A stretch of DNA of 64,000 nt from Candidatus Spyradenecus sp. Its GTDB lineage: Bacteria; Verrucomicrobiota; Verrucomicrobiia; Opitutales; UBA953. The notes beneath the pieces were generated by a model. The model saw only the letters and a program-made list of their open reading frames with translations, was not told the origin of the DNA and ran no database searches. The stretch covers positions 95,924-159,923 of the forward strand of contig JAZSKX010000005.1 of the NCBI GenBank assembly GCA_045535075.1, written 5' to 3'. Both the position numbers and the translations under genes were made by a program. Shown in pieces: positions 62,665-64,000 of this stretch; position 1 is the first letter of the stretch; every line of letters begins with the position of its first letter.

Positions 62665-63834
62665 ATGCATATTTTCTCAAAATTAAAAGCTCTTCTTTGC
62701 ACTCTTTTAGCTATTGTCGCCGCCGGATTCTTCCTCACGGGTTGTCTATCCGAACAAGAACTTGCCGAACGTGCAAGACAAGCTGAACTCAATGACTTTA
62801 AGATAGAGCTTTGCGCAGACGAACCATCAAGATGGAAACCCGCACTCAAGAAACTTTTTACACTTGTGGAGCAAGGAAATTCTGAGGGGATAAAAATCTT
62901 CTTATCTCTCACAGATCTGATGTGCGATAATGATACCAAGAAATACTTTAGCTCCCCTAAAGACGAAGAACTCCACCGTGTAGAAGGAAATCCGAGGTAT
63001 GTGCACAGAAGTGCTCAAAACACTAGATACCTCAAAGTAACAGGCAAACGCTACAAGCGACAGCACAACAATGGATACGACTACTACGATAACGAATGGG
63101 CCGCTTTTGTTGCTATTGATTGCGCTGTAGAAATCCAAGACAAATGCTTCGAACTCGCTCGAAAAAACGTCCCGTTTGCGACACGAACAGTAGCTAACTG
63201 GGCAGACGACGAGATGTTCAGATACTGGTTTGAAGGTTATGGTCGAGAAGGCTACTGCATCAAAACCAGATTTTGGACCGACTGGGGAATGTGGCTTATA
63301 GACAACAAATCGGAAGGAGCGCTCGGCATAGCATTCGACTTCGCTTGGTATGTAGGCAACACAAAATTTAGCAATAGAAAAATTAGTAGCGGATGGGGAG
63401 ACTCAGACGGGGAAGGTTTTTCAAATATAGAATCATATGCAGAAAAATTCTTTACCGAATACGCAGAAAAGGGAGATGCCAAAGCTCTTTCTCATCTGTT
63501 TTGGGCTCTGACAACCGAACCAGAGGTAGGAACTTGGAAATATTGCTCGCGAGCCATAAAGACGCTCGAAAATCTTTCAATATCCGGAAACAAAGAGGCT
63601 ATTAATTACCTAATACGGATTATGAACAAGGACTCTGCCCAGAAACACGAAAGCGACAGAAACGAAATAAATCACTTTGCAGCATTAAAAGCCCTTATCG
63701 AAATTCAAAAAAAGAAACCCTCATCCGTAATTCACGAGGCGATTATGGAGATTAAAAACAAAACTAAAGATACTGACGTATACGACTATATCGAAAAGAA
63801 CTACCGATACTTCGAAAAAGAGCTGGCGAAATAG
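62665..63834 (+). CDS. Hypothetical lipoprotein with helical-repeat-like C-terminus
   Basis: FLTGC lipobox; AEKGDAKA and SISGNKEA Sel1/HEAT-like turns. Confidence 0.65.
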   Translation: MHIFSKLKALLCTLLAIVAAGFFLTGCLSEQELAERARQAELNDFKIELCADEPSRWKPALKKLFTLVEQGNSEGIKIFLSLTDLMCDNDTKKYFSSPKDEELHRVEGNPRYVHRSAQNTRYLKVTGKRYKRQHNNGYDYYDNEWAAFVAIDCAVEIQDKCFELARKNVPFATRTVANWADDEMFRYWFEGYGREGYCIKTRFWTDWGMWLIDNKSEGALGIAFDFAWYVGNTKFSNRKISSGWGDSDGEGFSNIESYAEKFFTEYAEKGDAKALSHLFWALTTEPEVGTWKYCSRAIKTLENLSISGNKEAINYLIRIMNKDSAQKHESDRNEINHFAALKALIEIQKKKPSSVIHEAIMEIKNKTKDTDVYDYIEKNYRYFEKELAK

Positions 63835-63854
63835 CAATCCTGCAATCTGTTTTC

Positions 63855-63890
63855 CGTTCCCGCGTAATTATCTACGTGGGAACGTTTTTT
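63855..63890 (+). terminator. Intrinsic terminator from one exact and one variant motif copy
   Basis: cgttcccgcgta attatc tacgtgggaacg tttttt. Confidence 0.8.
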
Positions 63891-64000
63891 AGTCATTCAC
63901 TCCACACTCTTCCTTTTTTTTCCCATTTCTCCCGGTTGCTCCTTTTCAAGCCAGAGGCTTTTAATTCGTCCTTGCTTTTTTTAAATGCGAGGAGCCCGTT

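Overview
A largely core-genome window from a bacterium of roughly 50-55% GC (by eye). Gene content, a PEP-CTERM protein and SD-poor leaders suggest Verrucomicrobiota, possibly Opitutales (inference). It carries gyrA/gyrB, aspS, hemB, obgE, tig, rlmN, argB/argD, pheST, a dacA-murJ-amidase cluster, glgA, recN, mutL, three tRNAs, several transporters and a small AT-rich island at the right end. The dominant unexplained signal is a non-palindromic 7-mer, GTTCCCG/CGGGAAC (usually CGTTCCCGC). I count about 230 copies by hand (~1 per 280 bp, ~25x a rough random expectation). It occurs on both strands and in all six reading frames, builds terminators as inverted pairs, and is absent from the AT-rich island. 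This is how a DNA-uptake-sequence or HIP1-like genome signature behaves, in a lineage where I know of none. Other notable items: a TRIC-CutC fusion, a MutL with a degenerate endonuclease motif, an ExbB-ExbD-lipoprotein-AsmA-like operon, a shared ECF promoter, a histone-like tail on GlgA, and a membrane-anchored PD-(D/E)XK protein. All counts and annotations are by eye; no searches were run.
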